DNA of 59,554 nt, taken from Candidatus Omnitrophota bacterium. GTDB taxonomy: Bacteria > Omnitrophota > Gorgyraeia > Zapsychrales > JBDRMG01. A model generated the notes under the pieces. The model did not search any database. It was not told where the DNA came from and saw only the letters and a program-made list of their open reading frames with translations. The stretch lies in NCBI GenBank assembly GCA_043812495.1, contig JBDRMG010000043.1, positions 1-59,554 on the forward strand. The letters are read 5' to 3'. Position numbers and translations under genes: made by a program. Positions 35,012-44,945 of this stretch are shown piece by piece (position 1 is the stretch's first letter; the number at the start of each line of letters is the position of its first letter).

Positions 35012-35399
35012 AAACCTTGTACCGTGACTTTTTAAAAATTGCGGTCTTTTTCGGGCAGATCATTTTTGAAAATTCTTCGAGGACCCGGATCGATTCTTTC
35101 ACTCTCTGGCTATTGGCAAGAAAAATATCTCGGATGCCATCGCGTTGCAATTCTGTCCGTGTCGATCGGCACCCCTGATCGCCTGAAATATCACGCGCCT
35201 GGAATAATTGTTCCTGATTCTTTAAAGAATCAAAGAGCGAGAAAGATAATTGATGGCGTATCTGTTTATAGGTCTTGGTCCATCGGGCGTGATTTAAGGC
35301 AAATCGTGTGATATCTTCACAGACCCGTAAGCCCTCTTTGGCGCGATTCAAGTTGGCGTCAATGACGCGATAAACTTTCTGGTGTGTTACTCTTTGCAC
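34977..35399 (-). CDS. Stand-alone ThiD2-like domain protein
   Basis: RVIDANLNRAKEGLRVCED...RVLEEFSK...RYKVYDLEK, as in the N-terminal domain of long ThiE proteins. Confidence 0.85.
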   Translation of the reverse strand: MQRVTHQKVYRVIDANLNRAKEGLRVCEDITRFALNHARWTKTYKQIRHQLSFSLFDSLKNQEQLFQARDISGDQGCRSTRTELQRDGIRDIFLANSQRVKESIRVLEEFSKMICPKKTAIFKKSRYKVYDLEKKIIEKL

Positions 35400-35875
35400 T
35401 TTGTCCGTATCAACCGAATGAGGTTGGTTGTCGAATACCCTTTGAGATATTTTATCAGCTCGACCTTGCCGTGCAAAGCGCGGACAATATCATTGCCGAT
35501 GACCTTTTTATTTTTCCAATCAGCGCCTTTGATCAGAACGTCGGGTTTGAGCGCTTGGACCAAACGGTAAGGATCCGCTTCATGAAAAATAACCACGTAA
35601 TCCACGCAAGATAAGGCCGCAAGAACACGCGCCCGATTATTCTGAGAATTGATCGGTCGCTTGTGTCCTTTTATTTTCTTGACGGATGCGTCACTATTGA
35701 GCCCAACAACAAGAATCCTGTTGAGTTTCTTTGATTTTTCCAAATAATCAATATGGCCAACATGCAAAAGGTCAAAACAGCCATTGGTAAAAGCAATTGT
35801 CCGGCCGCGTTTCTTCCATGCGGGGAGAATGCGCTTGAGCGTTTTGACATTCACAATTTTACGATGTGTATTCAC
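35387..35875 (-). CDS. rfaE2: D-glycero-beta-D-manno-heptose 1-phosphate adenylyltransferase
   Basis: FTNGCFDLLHVGH, VGLNSDASV, LIKGADW, STTNLI. Confidence 0.93.
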   Translation of the reverse strand: MNTHRKIVNVKTLKRILPAWKKRGRTIAFTNGCFDLLHVGHIDYLEKSKKLNRILVVGLNSDASVKKIKGHKRPINSQNNRARVLAALSCVDYVVIFHEADPYRLVQALKPDVLIKGADWKNKKVIGNDIVRALHGKVELIKYLKGYSTTNLIRLIRTKCKE

Positions 35876-36447
35876 TTTTTATAGAAATGGTTTTCGACTA
35901 GCTCGCAAAGAGAATGAATGACGCAGGCATGGGTTTCCTGAATCCTGGCTGTTTTATGCGAAGGAACGACGAGGCAGATGTCGCAAATCTTTGCTAAACG
36001 ACCTCCGTCGCATCCTGTCAAGGCAACCGTCTTAAGGCCCATGCGTTTGGCTTGCCGAACTCCTTCGATGACATTTTTTGAATGACCGCTCGTTGAGATG
36101 GCAAAGGCCATATCGCCTTTCGCAGCGAGACCGGCAATTTGCCTGGCGAACACCGTATCGAATCCATAATCATTTCCCAAGGCAGTCAGGGTGGATGTAT
36201 CAGTCGTCAGGGCGATAGCCGCGAGAGGTTTTCGTTCTTTTTCAAACCGTCCGATCAGCTCAGCCGCCATGTGCTGACAATCCGATGCGGATCCTCCATT
36301 ACCAAAAAGGACGATTTTCTTTTTTCGTCCTAATGCCCTAATCATTTCCTTAGCCATTTTGACAATAGTGTCTGCGCTAGCTTTCAGAGTCTCTTCTTTG
36401 ATTTGAATCGATTCTTGGAAACGTTGCTTAATGATTTGCTTCATCAT
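35872..36447 (-). CDS. gmhA: D-sedoheptulose-7-phosphate isomerase
   Basis: GNGGSASDCQHMAAE, NDYG, STSG, IQETH. Confidence 0.96.
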   Translation of the reverse strand: MMKQIIKQRFQESIQIKEETLKASADTIVKMAKEMIRALGRKKKIVLFGNGGSASDCQHMAAELIGRFEKERKPLAAIALTTDTSTLTALGNDYGFDTVFARQIAGLAAKGDMAFAISTSGHSKNVIEGVRQAKRMGLKTVALTGCDGGRLAKICDICLVVPSHKTARIQETHACVIHSLCELVENHFYKK

Positions 36448-36467
36448 GGGTCCTATCCATCCCTTTC

Positions 36468-36598
36468 AATGAGACCATGACTTATGGACGTCCCGTAAAA
36501 AGCGGGGCTAACATAAGTCATAAGGCCGAATTGACCCCGAGCTCACCATTGATTCAGTGGCTAGCGAGGGGATTAAGCAAATTAAATTATAATATTTC
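36468..36598. repeat. Family B modular repeat, copy 3 (minimal form)
   Basis: ATGACTTATG/CATAAGTCAT stem, GAATTGACCCC...GGGGATTAAGCAAAT. Confidence 0.85.
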
Positions 36599-36601
36599 CT
36601 T

Positions 36602-37639
36602 TTATTCTGCGAAAAAGACTTTCGCAATCTCATATAGATCCATATTAACGGTCTTACGCGTTTCGATCGCTTTAGAAATATCAATAAATCGTATGCGGTT
36701 GTTGTGCAAACTCACCATTTTCCCGAACTTGTTGTCTCTCACCAATTCCACAGCCTTGACACCAAAACGTGTGGCGATCACGCGGTCGAAAGCGCTGGGT
36801 GATCCTCCTCGCTGGATATGCCCCAGAACACTCACGCGCGTTTCATAATTTGTTTCCCGAGAAATGATGCGCGCAAGGATTTCTCCGATACCGCCAAAAC
36901 GACGATGCCCAAATTCATCTAATTCTTCTTTGATTTTCGCCTCATTCTCTTGACCCTGTATTTCTACGCCTTCGGAAACAACGACAATGCTGAATGTTTT
37001 TCCTCTCTTATGTCGACTTCTTAAGGCCTCGCATATTTCTTTAACATTCACTGGGATTTCCGGAATCAAAATCATATCGGCTCCGCCGGCGATTCCCGAC
37101 TCCAGGGCAATCCATCCGGTATATCGGCCCATGACCTCAATGACAATAATACGGTGATGGCTTTCGGCCGTTGTGTGAAGGCGATCAATGCATTCGGTGG
37201 CTACGTTCACCGCTGTATCAAAACCAAACGCGTAATCGGTACCGTTGAGCGCGTTATCAATGGATTTCGGAACGCCCACGACGCGAATAACACCTTTTTG
37301 ATGAAGGGTATAGGCCACACGAAAGGTATCTTCCCCTCCGACCACAATTAAGGCATCAATGCCGCTGCGCTTATAGTTTTCTTTGATTTTCTTTATATGC
37401 TCCGGATTGTGCAGTGGATTGATACGGCTTGTCCCGAGAATGGTTCCGCCCCGATCAAGAATTCCGGACGTCGCCTTGAGATCCAGAATTCTCATATCAT
37501 TTTCAATCAGACCTTCCCATCCGTTCTTGATTCCCGTAACGACGTAGCCTTCTTGAAGGCTTTTGCGAACGACGGCACGAATGACGGAATTCAATCCCGG
37601 GCAATCGGCCCCACCAGTCAAAATCCCAATCTTTTTCAT
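36602..37639 (-). CDS. pfkA: 6-phosphofructokinase
   Basis: TGGADCPGLN, GGTILGTSR, PKSIDN, EVMGR, LGHIQRGG. Confidence 0.95.
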   Translation of the reverse strand: MKKIGILTGGADCPGLNSVIRAVVRKSLQEGYVVTGIKNGWEGLIENDMRILDLKATSGILDRGGTILGTSRINPLHNPEHIKKIKENYKRSGIDALIVVGGEDTFRVAYTLHQKGVIRVVGVPKSIDNALNGTDYAFGFDTAVNVATECIDRLHTTAESHHRIIVIEVMGRYTGWIALESGIAGGADMILIPEIPVNVKEICEALRSRHKRGKTFSIVVVSEGVEIQGQENEAKIKEELDEFGHRRFGGIGEILARIISRETNYETRVSVLGHIQRGGSPSAFDRVIATRFGVKAVELVRDNKFGKMVSLHNNRIRFIDISKAIETRKTVNMDLYEIAKVFFAE

Positions 37640-37654
37640 TTGATTGACCTCTTT

Positions 37655-38263
37655 TTAACTTCTATACCCCTGAAATGGGACCGCGGTCTCAGACTCTTGA
37701 TCCTTATCCTGCCGAGGGCCTTTGGATTTGGATTGATCAGAAATCATTTTGATAATATGAAGACGAACCGTCACGGTCTCGTCGAGCCCTAAAATCTCCT
37801 GAATCTTATTCTTAATCGTGTCTTGCAATTTAGATGTCATTTCGGGGATATTGACATCGGCCCGCAGAACCAGTTTGGCCTCAATGCTGACGCCCTTTTT
37901 GCCTGCCACAATCGTTGGCTTGACGTCTTTCACTTCCGGATTTTTGTAAAGCATCCTCTTGACCAAGTCTTCAACGGCGACAAGAGACACACTCACGCGC
38001 CCCGAGGGATTATCAAAAGCAATCGTTCTTTCTTTTTGTTGGTTCCCTGAAATAATACGGGCTAAAATGAAGCTAAAAATAATCAATCCGCAACTTGTGA
38101 TCGTCACGGCCATATTGACCGTTGGATCATTATGAACGATTCTAAGATAATAGCTTACATCATTGAGCGTAATGACATCGGTCGCGAAGAGAATCACGGC
38201 ACCGCTTAAGACAGAAATGATGAGAACATAAAATGATATGGCCAAACGAGTAAAAAATTTCAT
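37655..38263 (-). CDS. amaP: AmaP-like alkaline-shock membrane anchor protein
   Basis: Two TM helices, G-x-V-x-VS...AVEDLV, adjacent to an Asp23 gene. Confidence 0.7.
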   Translation of the reverse strand: MKFFTRLAISFYVLIISVLSGAVILFATDVITLNDVSYYLRIVHNDPTVNMAVTITSCGLIIFSFILARIISGNQQKERTIAFDNPSGRVSVSLVAVEDLVKRMLYKNPEVKDVKPTIVAGKKGVSIEAKLVLRADVNIPEMTSKLQDTIKNKIQEILGLDETVTVRLHIIKMISDQSKSKGPRQDKDQESETAVPFQGYRS

Positions 38264-38616
38264 GACTTCCCCCTCTCGATACCTTGGATATTCACATGGA
38301 TATCTTTCAGATTTATTTCGGCAATCTTCTCAACCCGCGTTCGAATCGCGTCCTGAACCTGTCGCGCGATATCCGGAATATTGATGCCATAATGCACTAA
38401 GATCTTCACTTCGATCATAACTTCTCCTTCCGGATCAATATGCACACTAATCCCCGGATAGCTTGTTTTCCCGCAAAAATCCATCACGCGAGTCATGAGA
38501 TCCCCGGGAATCAAGCTCACGCCTTCGATTTCATGAATCGTCGAATAAGCAATATCGGCCAAAACCTTCTTGTGAATTTGAATAGACCCAAAATCAATTT
38601 TGTTTTCTTCGGTCAC
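38260..38616 (-). CDS. Asp23/Gls24-family protein
   Basis: GSIQIHKKVLADIA...YGINIPDIARQVQ...IHVNIQGI. Confidence 0.9.
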   Translation of the reverse strand: MTEENKIDFGSIQIHKKVLADIAYSTIHEIEGVSLIPGDLMTRVMDFCGKTSYPGISVHIDPEGEVMIEVKILVHYGINIPDIARQVQDAIRTRVEKIAEINLKDIHVNIQGIERGKS

Positions 38617-38619
38617 GAG

Positions 38620-39975
38620 TTATCCCTCCCCTTCGATTTTTGCAATCTTTTCTAAGAAATGCGTAGATACGGTTCCTTTCGTAAATATCGGATTATTCAG
38701 AATTTTAATATGCAAAGGAATAGTCGTTTTAATGGGGCTGATATAAAATTCTTCTAAAGCGCGGATCATGGTTCTGATCGCCTCTTCACGATTTCGTCCA
38801 TAAGTAATCAATTTGGCCACCATCGAATCATAAAACGGGCTGATGACATATCCCGGATAAATATGCGTATCCACGCGGACTCCGAAACCGCCGGGAAGAT
38901 TAAGCTGTTCGATTTTTCCCGGGCAGGGCAGAAAATTGTTATCAGGATCTTCCGCATTGACGCGGCATTCGATGGCCGCTCCTTTGATTTTGACATCCGC
39001 CTGTTTAATCTTCAATTTCTCACCGGCGGCGATACGCATCTGTTCCTTAACAATATCCACGCCCGTGACCATTTCTGTCACAGGATGCTCGACCTGAATG
39101 CGCGTATTCATCTCCATAAAATAAAAAGATCCGTTGTTGTCCAGCAGAAATTCAATGGTCCCTGCGCCGGTATAGCTGACGGCCTTCGCCGCCTTGATGG
39201 CTGCATCCCCCATTTTCTTTCTTAATTTGGAATCGAGCACCGGACAAGGCGCTTCTTCGAGAATTTTCTGATGCCGTCTCTGAATGCTGCAATCCCGCTC
39301 ACCCAAATGAATCGTATGACCGCGTTGATCAGCCAAAATTTGGAATTCGACATGACGCGGGTCCGCAATATACTTTTCCATATATACGTTGGGATTTCCA
39401 AACGCAGCTTCTGCTTCATTCTGGGCCATCGTAAAAGAACTCACCAGACTGACATCATTATGGCAAACTCTCATTCCTTTGCCCCCGCCGCCGGCGGCAG
39501 CTTTAATGATCACGGGATATTTTATTTTTTTCGCTAACCGTAACGCTTCTTCCTTGGTTTTGATCACATCATTGGCGCCGGGAGTCACGGGAACGCCAAC
39601 CTTGCGCATGGTTTCCCTGGCCTTAACCTTATCGCCCATTAATTGCATCGCAAGCGGTGTCGGCCCAATGAATGTGATATTGCATGATTCGCAGATCTCC
39701 GCAAAATGGGAATTCTCCGCAAGAAAACCATAACCCGGATGAATGGCCTCAACGTCAGTAATCTCTGCCGCTGAAATGATGGCCGGAATATTAAGATAAC
39801 TATCCCGGCTAGGGGCATTGCCGATACATACGGCTTCATCGGCAAACCGCACATGGAGGGAATCGCGATCCGCTTCGGAAAATACGGCGACAGTGCGAAT
39901 ATTGAGTTCTTTACACGCGCGAATGATTCTTAAGGCGATTTCGCCTCTATTGGCAATGAGGATTTTTGAGAACAT
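38620..39975 (-). CDS. accC: Acetyl-CoA carboxylase biotin carboxylase subunit
   Basis: [36 protein letters not shown]. Confidence 0.98.
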   Translation of the reverse strand: MFSKILIANRGEIALRIIRACKELNIRTVAVFSEADRDSLHVRFADEAVCIGNAPSRDSYLNIPAIISAAEITDVEAIHPGYGFLAENSHFAEICESCNITFIGPTPLAMQLMGDKVKARETMRKVGVPVTPGANDVIKTKEEALRLAKKIKYPVIIKAAAGGGGKGMRVCHNDVSLVSSFTMAQNEAEAAFGNPNVYMEKYIADPRHVEFQILADQRGHTIHLGERDCSIQRRHQKILEEAPCPVLDSKLRKKMGDAAIKAAKAVSYTGAGTIEFLLDNNGSFYFMEMNTRIQVEHPVTEMVTGVDIVKEQMRIAAGEKLKIKQADVKIKGAAIECRVNAEDPDNNFLPCPGKIEQLNLPGGFGVRVDTHIYPGYVISPFYDSMVAKLITYGRNREEAIRTMIRALEEFYISPIKTTIPLHIKILNNPIFTKGTVSTHFLEKIAKIEGEG

Positions 39976-39978
39976 ACT

Positions 39979-40440
39979 CTAGACCGGCTCAACAACAAAA
40001 AGCGTTTGGCCGAATTCAACGGGTTCGGCATTCTCGACCGCCACTTCAGTGATCTTGCCTCTGATCTCTGACTTGATTTCATTCATCAGTTTCATGGCCT
40101 CGACAATGCATACCACCTGGCCGATTTCCACAATTTGACCGACTTCGACAAAGGGTGCTGCTTCCGGCGAAGGAGCGCGATAAAATGTTCCGACCATGGG
40201 AGAAACAATTTCTTTAAGGTTTTTTATGGTTTGGGTTTCCGGCGCTTGGGGCGCAGCGGGCCCGATTGGTAAGCTCGATTCCACTTGATATTGCGCTGAG
40301 GCACTTGACATCGGTTGACCCATAGGCTGTCCAAAGGATTTCTTGATTCTGAATTTTGTTCCCTCTCGTTCGACTTCGATTTCCGAAAGGCCATGCTCGT
40401 TCATCAGATTAATAATTTCTTTGATCTCTTTTAAATTCAT
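39979..40440 (-). CDS. accB: Biotin carboxyl carrier protein
   Basis: SPMVGTFY, EAMKLMNE. Confidence 0.98.
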   Translation of the reverse strand: MNLKEIKEIINLMNEHGLSEIEVEREGTKFRIKKSFGQPMGQPMSSASAQYQVESSLPIGPAAPQAPETQTIKNLKEIVSPMVGTFYRAPSPEAAPFVEVGQIVEIGQVVCIVEAMKLMNEIKSEIRGKITEVAVENAEPVEFGQTLFVVEPV

Positions 40441-41003
40441 TTCTGCACCCTTTCGACATACTGGCCGGTTCGCGTATCAATTTTGATCCAATCCCCCTGA
40501 TTAATAAAAAGAGGAACCTGCGCAATGGCCCCGGCGTCGATCTTGGCCGGCTTGGTCCCCGCTTTAGACGTATCACCCTTAAATCCCGGTTCTGTTTCCA
40601 CGATTTGCGCAATGATAAAATTGGGTAATGTGACTTTCTGGAGTTTGTGCTCACAAAAAATCGCTGTGACATCCGCGTTTTCCTGGAGATAGGAAATCAC
40701 GTCTCCTAGCTGATTGCGCGAAAGCACGGATTCCTCAAAGGTATGCTGGTCCATAAAATGAAAGATATCCTGGCTGCGATATAAATATTGGAGTGTTTTC
40801 TGCTCGAGAAAAACATCTTCGAGCTTCTCGGAGCTCTTATAGGTCCGCTCGATAGTGAGATCTGATTTAAAATTTTTAAGTTTGACGCGGACAAAGGCCG
40901 CACCTTTGCCCGGCTTGACGTGATGGTATTCCGTGACGATATAGATATCGTTATTGAGGCGAAGGCCCAACCCGGAGGTAATTTGATTAATGGATATTGT
41001 CAC
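40437..41003 (-). CDS. efp: Elongation factor P
   Basis: HVKPGKGAAFVR, GFKGDT, VPLFI, DTRTG. Confidence 0.98.
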   Translation of the reverse strand: MTISINQITSGLGLRLNNDIYIVTEYHHVKPGKGAAFVRVKLKNFKSDLTIERTYKSSEKLEDVFLEQKTLQYLYRSQDIFHFMDQHTFEESVLSRNQLGDVISYLQENADVTAIFCEHKLQKVTLPNFIIAQIVETEPGFKGDTSKAGTKPAKIDAGAIAQVPLFINQGDWIKIDTRTGQYVERVQK

Positions 41004-42039
41004 TTAGAACCTTATATCCTTTTTTTGTTACAAGAACCATGTCCTCATAACGAATGCCGAACCGTCCGGGGATATAAACCCCTGGTTCAACAGTAAAGAC
41101 CATCCCTTCTTCAAGGATGGATGAGCTTTTCGACGAAATGGCCGGGCTCTCATGAACCTCGAGACCCACGCCATGGCCAAGTGAATGGCTAAAATACTTA
41201 GCTAACTTATATTTTCGTAAATACTTACGGGCTTTAAAATCGATGTCCTTGACCGCAATCCCCGGTCGGATTTCTTGAATCGCTTCCCGTTGTGCAGCAC
41301 GAACGTAAGTATATGTTTTCTGTATAAGTTGCGGTATTTTACCCAAAAAAAACATGCGTGTCAAGTCGGATTTGTAGCCTTGATAGTCTATGCCCATATC
41401 AATCAGTACGGGCTCGCCTTCTTGAAGCTTTCGGTCTGTGATTTTGGCATGAGGATAACAGGAATGGGGGCCGAAGGCAATGATGGGATGAAAAGAAAAC
41501 TTAACATTTTGCGCTTTCACAAAGCGCTCCAGATGGTCTAGAATTTGGCACTCTTTTATGCCAGCTTTGATATAGCGTTTAATGAACTCAAAGGCCTTTA
41601 GATTGATAGCAATGGCCTTTTGAATTTGTCGAATCTCTTCCGGGCTCTTGATCTGACGAAGTCGCCCCACGAGATGATTTTTCATCATCCATCGGACTCC
41701 TTTAGGCGTACAGCCTTTGAGACGCTTGAGATCATACGCCGAGAGATGCCGTCCGTCAAAGCAGACGCTTTGGATATGATTTTTTCTGATTAATTCCTTA
41801 AGAGCATCACCGATGGATTGGGTATAGCATTTGACTTGAATTCCTCCCAAATGCTTCTTGGCCTCGAGCACATAACGTGCATCCGTAATGTATACGGCTT
41901 CTTGAGACATAACCCACAACCAGGAATCCGCAGAGGGATAACGAGTCAAATACGTTATGTCGCTATCGTGTGGGATCAGAAAAGCTCTGTGAGCGTCCTT
42001 GCGATAAAACTGGATGAGTTTTTTGAGTCGAGAATTCAC
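40987..42039 (-). CDS. Xaa-Pro aminopeptidase (M24)
   Basis: DMG...SDLTR, HSLGHGVGLEVHE, TVEPG, GIRYED. Confidence 0.95.
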   Translation of the reverse strand: MNSRLKKLIQFYRKDAHRAFLIPHDSDITYLTRYPSADSWLWVMSQEAVYITDARYVLEAKKHLGGIQVKCYTQSIGDALKELIRKNHIQSVCFDGRHLSAYDLKRLKGCTPKGVRWMMKNHLVGRLRQIKSPEEIRQIQKAIAINLKAFEFIKRYIKAGIKECQILDHLERFVKAQNVKFSFHPIIAFGPHSCYPHAKITDRKLQEGEPVLIDMGIDYQGYKSDLTRMFFLGKIPQLIQKTYTYVRAAQREAIQEIRPGIAVKDIDFKARKYLRKYKLAKYFSHSLGHGVGLEVHESPAISSKSSSILEEGMVFTVEPGVYIPGRFGIRYEDMVLVTKKGYKVLSDNIH

Positions 42040-42076
42040 GGTATTAGCTGAATCAGGTTAGCGTCCTGTACAAATG

Positions 42077-42517
42077 TTATTTGCCCAGAAGGGTGGCTAA
42101 AGCCTCAAGTCCCAAAAGATAACTTTGAACTCCAAAGCCGCTGATCTGACCGGAACTAACAGGGGCGATCAAAGACGTGTGTCGGAATTCCTCCCGAGCG
42201 TAGATATTCGAAAGATGAACTTCCACAGTCGGCAATTGGACGGCCGCCAAGGCGTCGTGAATCGCAACGCTTGTGTGCGTGTAGGCCGCGGGATTGATCA
42301 AGATTCCTTGAATTTTATTCTTCTTGGCTTGACCAATCGTATCCACAATTTCTCCCTCATGATTGGATTGAAAGATGACCAACGTCATGCGGTGTTTCTG
42401 GACTTGTTTCTTAAGCTGACCATTAATAGCCGCGAGGGTTTGCTTTCCGTAGATTTTTGTTTCTCTTTTACCTAACAGATCCAAATTGGGTCCATGAATC
42501 ACAAGTATCTTTTTCAA
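42077..42517 (-). CDS. aroQ: Type II 3-dehydroquinate dehydratase
   Basis: [32 protein letters not shown]. Confidence 0.97.
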   Translation of the reverse strand: MKKILVIHGPNLDLLGKRETKIYGKQTLAAINGQLKKQVQKHRMTLVIFQSNHEGEIVDTIGQAKKNKIQGILINPAAYTHTSVAIHDALAAVQLPTVEVHLSNIYAREEFRHTSLIAPVSSGQISGFGVQSYLLGLEALATLLGK

Positions 42518-42531
42518 TGTAAGCCTCCTTC

Positions 42532-42879
42532 AATGAGCGCATCACTTACGGAACGAGCGGAACGTGAGTGACGTAAGTGATATTCGCGAATTGAATCCCC
42601 ACACCAATTTGACGGCATGGGAATATTTTTAATTAATGGTTTAGACACAATGAGACCGTTTTCTTCGAACTTAGCGTTTCATGTCAAATTGGTGTGGGGG
42701 TCTAAGTCTGCCTCAAACTTACGTCTTTCACTAGCGCTCAATCCGTAAGTTTTTTCCTCCTAAGACCTTCTTTAATGAGCCCACCTTTGAATCAATGGCG
42801 GGCTCATTGACCCCGCCTTTTTGGCGGATCTTCACAAATTATTATTTTCCTCGCCTCGCCAAAAGGGCGGGACGCCGTC
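42532..42879. repeat. Cluster of at least five hairpins including family B copy 4 and family D copy 2
   Basis: ATCACTTACG/CGTAAGTGAT; CCCCACACCAATTTGAC/GTCAAATTGGTGTGGGG; AAACTTACG/CGTAAGTTT; AATGAGCCC/GGGCTCATT; CCCGCCTTTTTGGCG/CGCCAAAAGGGCGGG. Confidence 0.88.
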
Positions 42880-42891
42880 GACCTTCCCAAT

Positions 42892-43047
42892 TCATTGCTC
42901 CGCCTCATCGACGAGCATGATGGGAATCCCGTCTTTGATAGGATATTTTCGCCCGCATTGGACGCAGACAATTTTTTTCTCCTCAAGCTTCACATCACTC
43001 TTGCATGCGGGACAGGCCAAAATCTTCAGTAATTCGTTATCGATCAT
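42892..43047 (-). CDS. Trm112-like small protein (not in ORF track)
   Basis: Hand translation MIDNELLKILACPACKSDVKLEEKKIVCVQCGRKYPIKDGIPIMLVDEAEQ. Confidence 0.93.
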   Translation of the reverse strand: MIDNELLKILACPACKSDVKLEEKKIVCVQCGRKYPIKDGIPIMLVDEAEQ

Positions 43048-43442
43048 TTGGACCCCTCTTGATTCAAGACATCGACATATTTCATTTGAAGCTCATACAA
43101 CAGTTGACCAAGCGCAACGTCTTCCTGATGATTAAGATTTCCCTTGGTCTTGTCTTTAAGCATGGAGAGCGTATCGATCAGGAGCTTGGCCTGCTGCAAA
43201 TTTTTTTCGACCTTGTTATCCAGGGGATTGGGAATTTCACCCAAGAACACCATGGCTTGATAGGCCAGGCTCGTCATATAACTCAAGAAATTAATTTCTA
43301 AAGAATCGTCCCCGGGAATATGTTCCTCAGTCTGCTTTGTCTCGGAAGATGCTTGTGTCTCTTGCTTGGGTGCGGATTCTGTGTCTTTTTGCTTGGCCAT
43401 AGATTCCTTCCAGCCTTCATCCACGTATTTTTCGTCTCCCAT
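43044..43442 (-). CDS. DUF1844-like protein
   Basis: LAYQAMVFLGEIPNP...AKLLIDTLSMLKDKTKGNL...LQMKYV. Confidence 0.85.
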   Translation of the reverse strand: MGDEKYVDEGWKESMAKQKDTESAPKQETQASSETKQTEEHIPGDDSLEINFLSYMTSLAYQAMVFLGEIPNPLDNKVEKNLQQAKLLIDTLSMLKDKTKGNLNHQEDVALGQLLYELQMKYVDVLNQEGSK

Positions 43443-43451
43443 AAAGACCTC

Positions 43452-44369
43452 CTAAGTAATTCGAATTCCCGCATAACCGACAACGGATCGAGTGTCGCCT
43501 GTTGTATCCCCGCTTGTTTGATAACGGATTAAATCGGCTTGCATGGCCCCGAGCCCCTTGACAATCTCAAGCAAAATAAAGACAGCAACGACGCCGCACA
43601 TGCTCACATGGAGGCGTTCGACGCGCTCGAGCATATTATCTGAATCAAGTCTCAAAATCGACTCGATCACATGCTGATCTTTTTTATAAGCGTCTTCCTG
43701 CGGTTCGTAGTGCGTCATATCCGAGCTGGCAACGATCGTAACATCGCTAGTGCATTGCAATTCTTTAATAACATCTAGGATGTCTTTAGCGATATCTTTA
43801 TAAATTTTCTTATTGTTGGCCTGGGAAACGACGATAGGAACTATCCGGATATCCTTTTGGGCCATTTGTAAAAAAGGCAGCAACACCTCGATGCAATGTT
43901 CCCCATCATGCGCCAGATGATCCGCCTTTAAATATTTAGATTTTTCCACAAGACACGAAGCGATCTCTGTGTCTACAGGAACATCCCCCAAGGGTGTGCG
44001 CCAGGACCCTTGGGTTCTCACGCTAAAAAGCTCTCCAGCGCCGGTATGGTTGGGACCCAAAATAATAAGTCTATTTCTTAACTCGCAGGAGTTCACGGTT
44101 TGAGCGGCCACAAAACCGGAATAGTCATAACCGGCATGAGGCAGGATAACTCCTTTAGCCAATTTTCTGTCCTGGGGGGGTTCCTTTTTTCCAAATGACA
44201 AAATCGTTTCTTTTAACTTCCTGGATTCCCCTGGGTAAAAATATCCCGCAACAACAGCCTCACGCATTATATCCTTCAATCCTTTTTTAGTCATTAATCT
44301 TTCGGGCCAGAATTCATTCTTTACGGCTTCGCGTACGGATAGAATATCATCGATTAAAAACTCTGTCAA
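43452..44369 (-). CDS. MEMO1-family (AmmeMemoRadiSam protein B)
   Basis: REAVVAGYFYP, PHAGYDYSG, GPNH, EHCIEV, SSDMTHY; start may be ATG 44267. Confidence 0.93.
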   Translation of the reverse strand: MTEFLIDDILSVREAVKNEFWPERLMTKKGLKDIMREAVVAGYFYPGESRKLKETILSFGKKEPPQDRKLAKGVILPHAGYDYSGFVAAQTVNSCELRNRLIILGPNHTGAGELFSVRTQGSWRTPLGDVPVDTEIASCLVEKSKYLKADHLAHDGEHCIEVLLPFLQMAQKDIRIVPIVVSQANNKKIYKDIAKDILDVIKELQCTSDVTIVASSDMTHYEPQEDAYKKDQHVIESILRLDSDNMLERVERLHVSMCGVVAVFILLEIVKGLGAMQADLIRYQTSGDTTGDTRSVVGYAGIRIT

Positions 44370-44409
44370 TGCATGAGCAGCGAACGGTTCGCCTTATTTT
44401 CCAGTCATC

Positions 44410-44922
44410 TTATGTTTTTGCAGAGGAGTTTTTCTTCTTAGCGCTATCCTGTCCCTCTCTAAGAATCTGAGCACCAATTTGCAGGATATCAATCTGTGAT
44501 ATGATGCCGCAAAGTGTTTGACTCTTATCCACAATGGGAATGCAGCCGTATTTTTTATCCGCCATGATCAATAAAGCATCCGCAACGCTATTCTCAGAAC
44601 TCAAGGTTGTCACTTGCTGGGTCATGACGTGTTTTAATATAAAATCATCCAGAATTTCTTGATCATAAAACCAGGTTCCGTCTTCTCTTTTGCGGGGAGA
44701 ACAGATGCGATAGAGATCGCGCTGCGTAATAATGCCAACCAATTTATTTTTATTATCAAGGACGGGGAGATGGCGAATCTCGTACTCTTGAAACTTCTTC
44801 GCCGCATGGCTGAAAGGCTCATCCTGATTCAGGCAGATAACTTTTTTTGTCATGATTTCTTGAATTTTCACTTTATTGAGCAACGAGCGGATATAATAAT
44901 TTTCACTGTATTTGAGTTCCAT
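44410..44922 (-). CDS. CBS-domain pair protein (AcuB-like)
   Basis: IRHLPVLD, GIITQRDL, YGCIPIVD. Confidence 0.9.
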   Translation of the reverse strand: MELKYSENYYIRSLLNKVKIQEIMTKKVICLNQDEPFSHAAKKFQEYEIRHLPVLDNKNKLVGIITQRDLYRICSPRKREDGTWFYDQEILDDFILKHVMTQQVTTLSSENSVADALLIMADKKYGCIPIVDKSQTLCGIISQIDILQIGAQILREGQDSAKKKNSSAKT

Positions 44923-44945
44923 CTGTTGGCTCCTTTGATACTTTG

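Noticed and set aside
44171-44190. G7/T6 homopolymer tracts in the MEMO1 gene as a phase-variation site
   Set aside because: The frame is intact (KKEPPQ codons) and the tracts are short.
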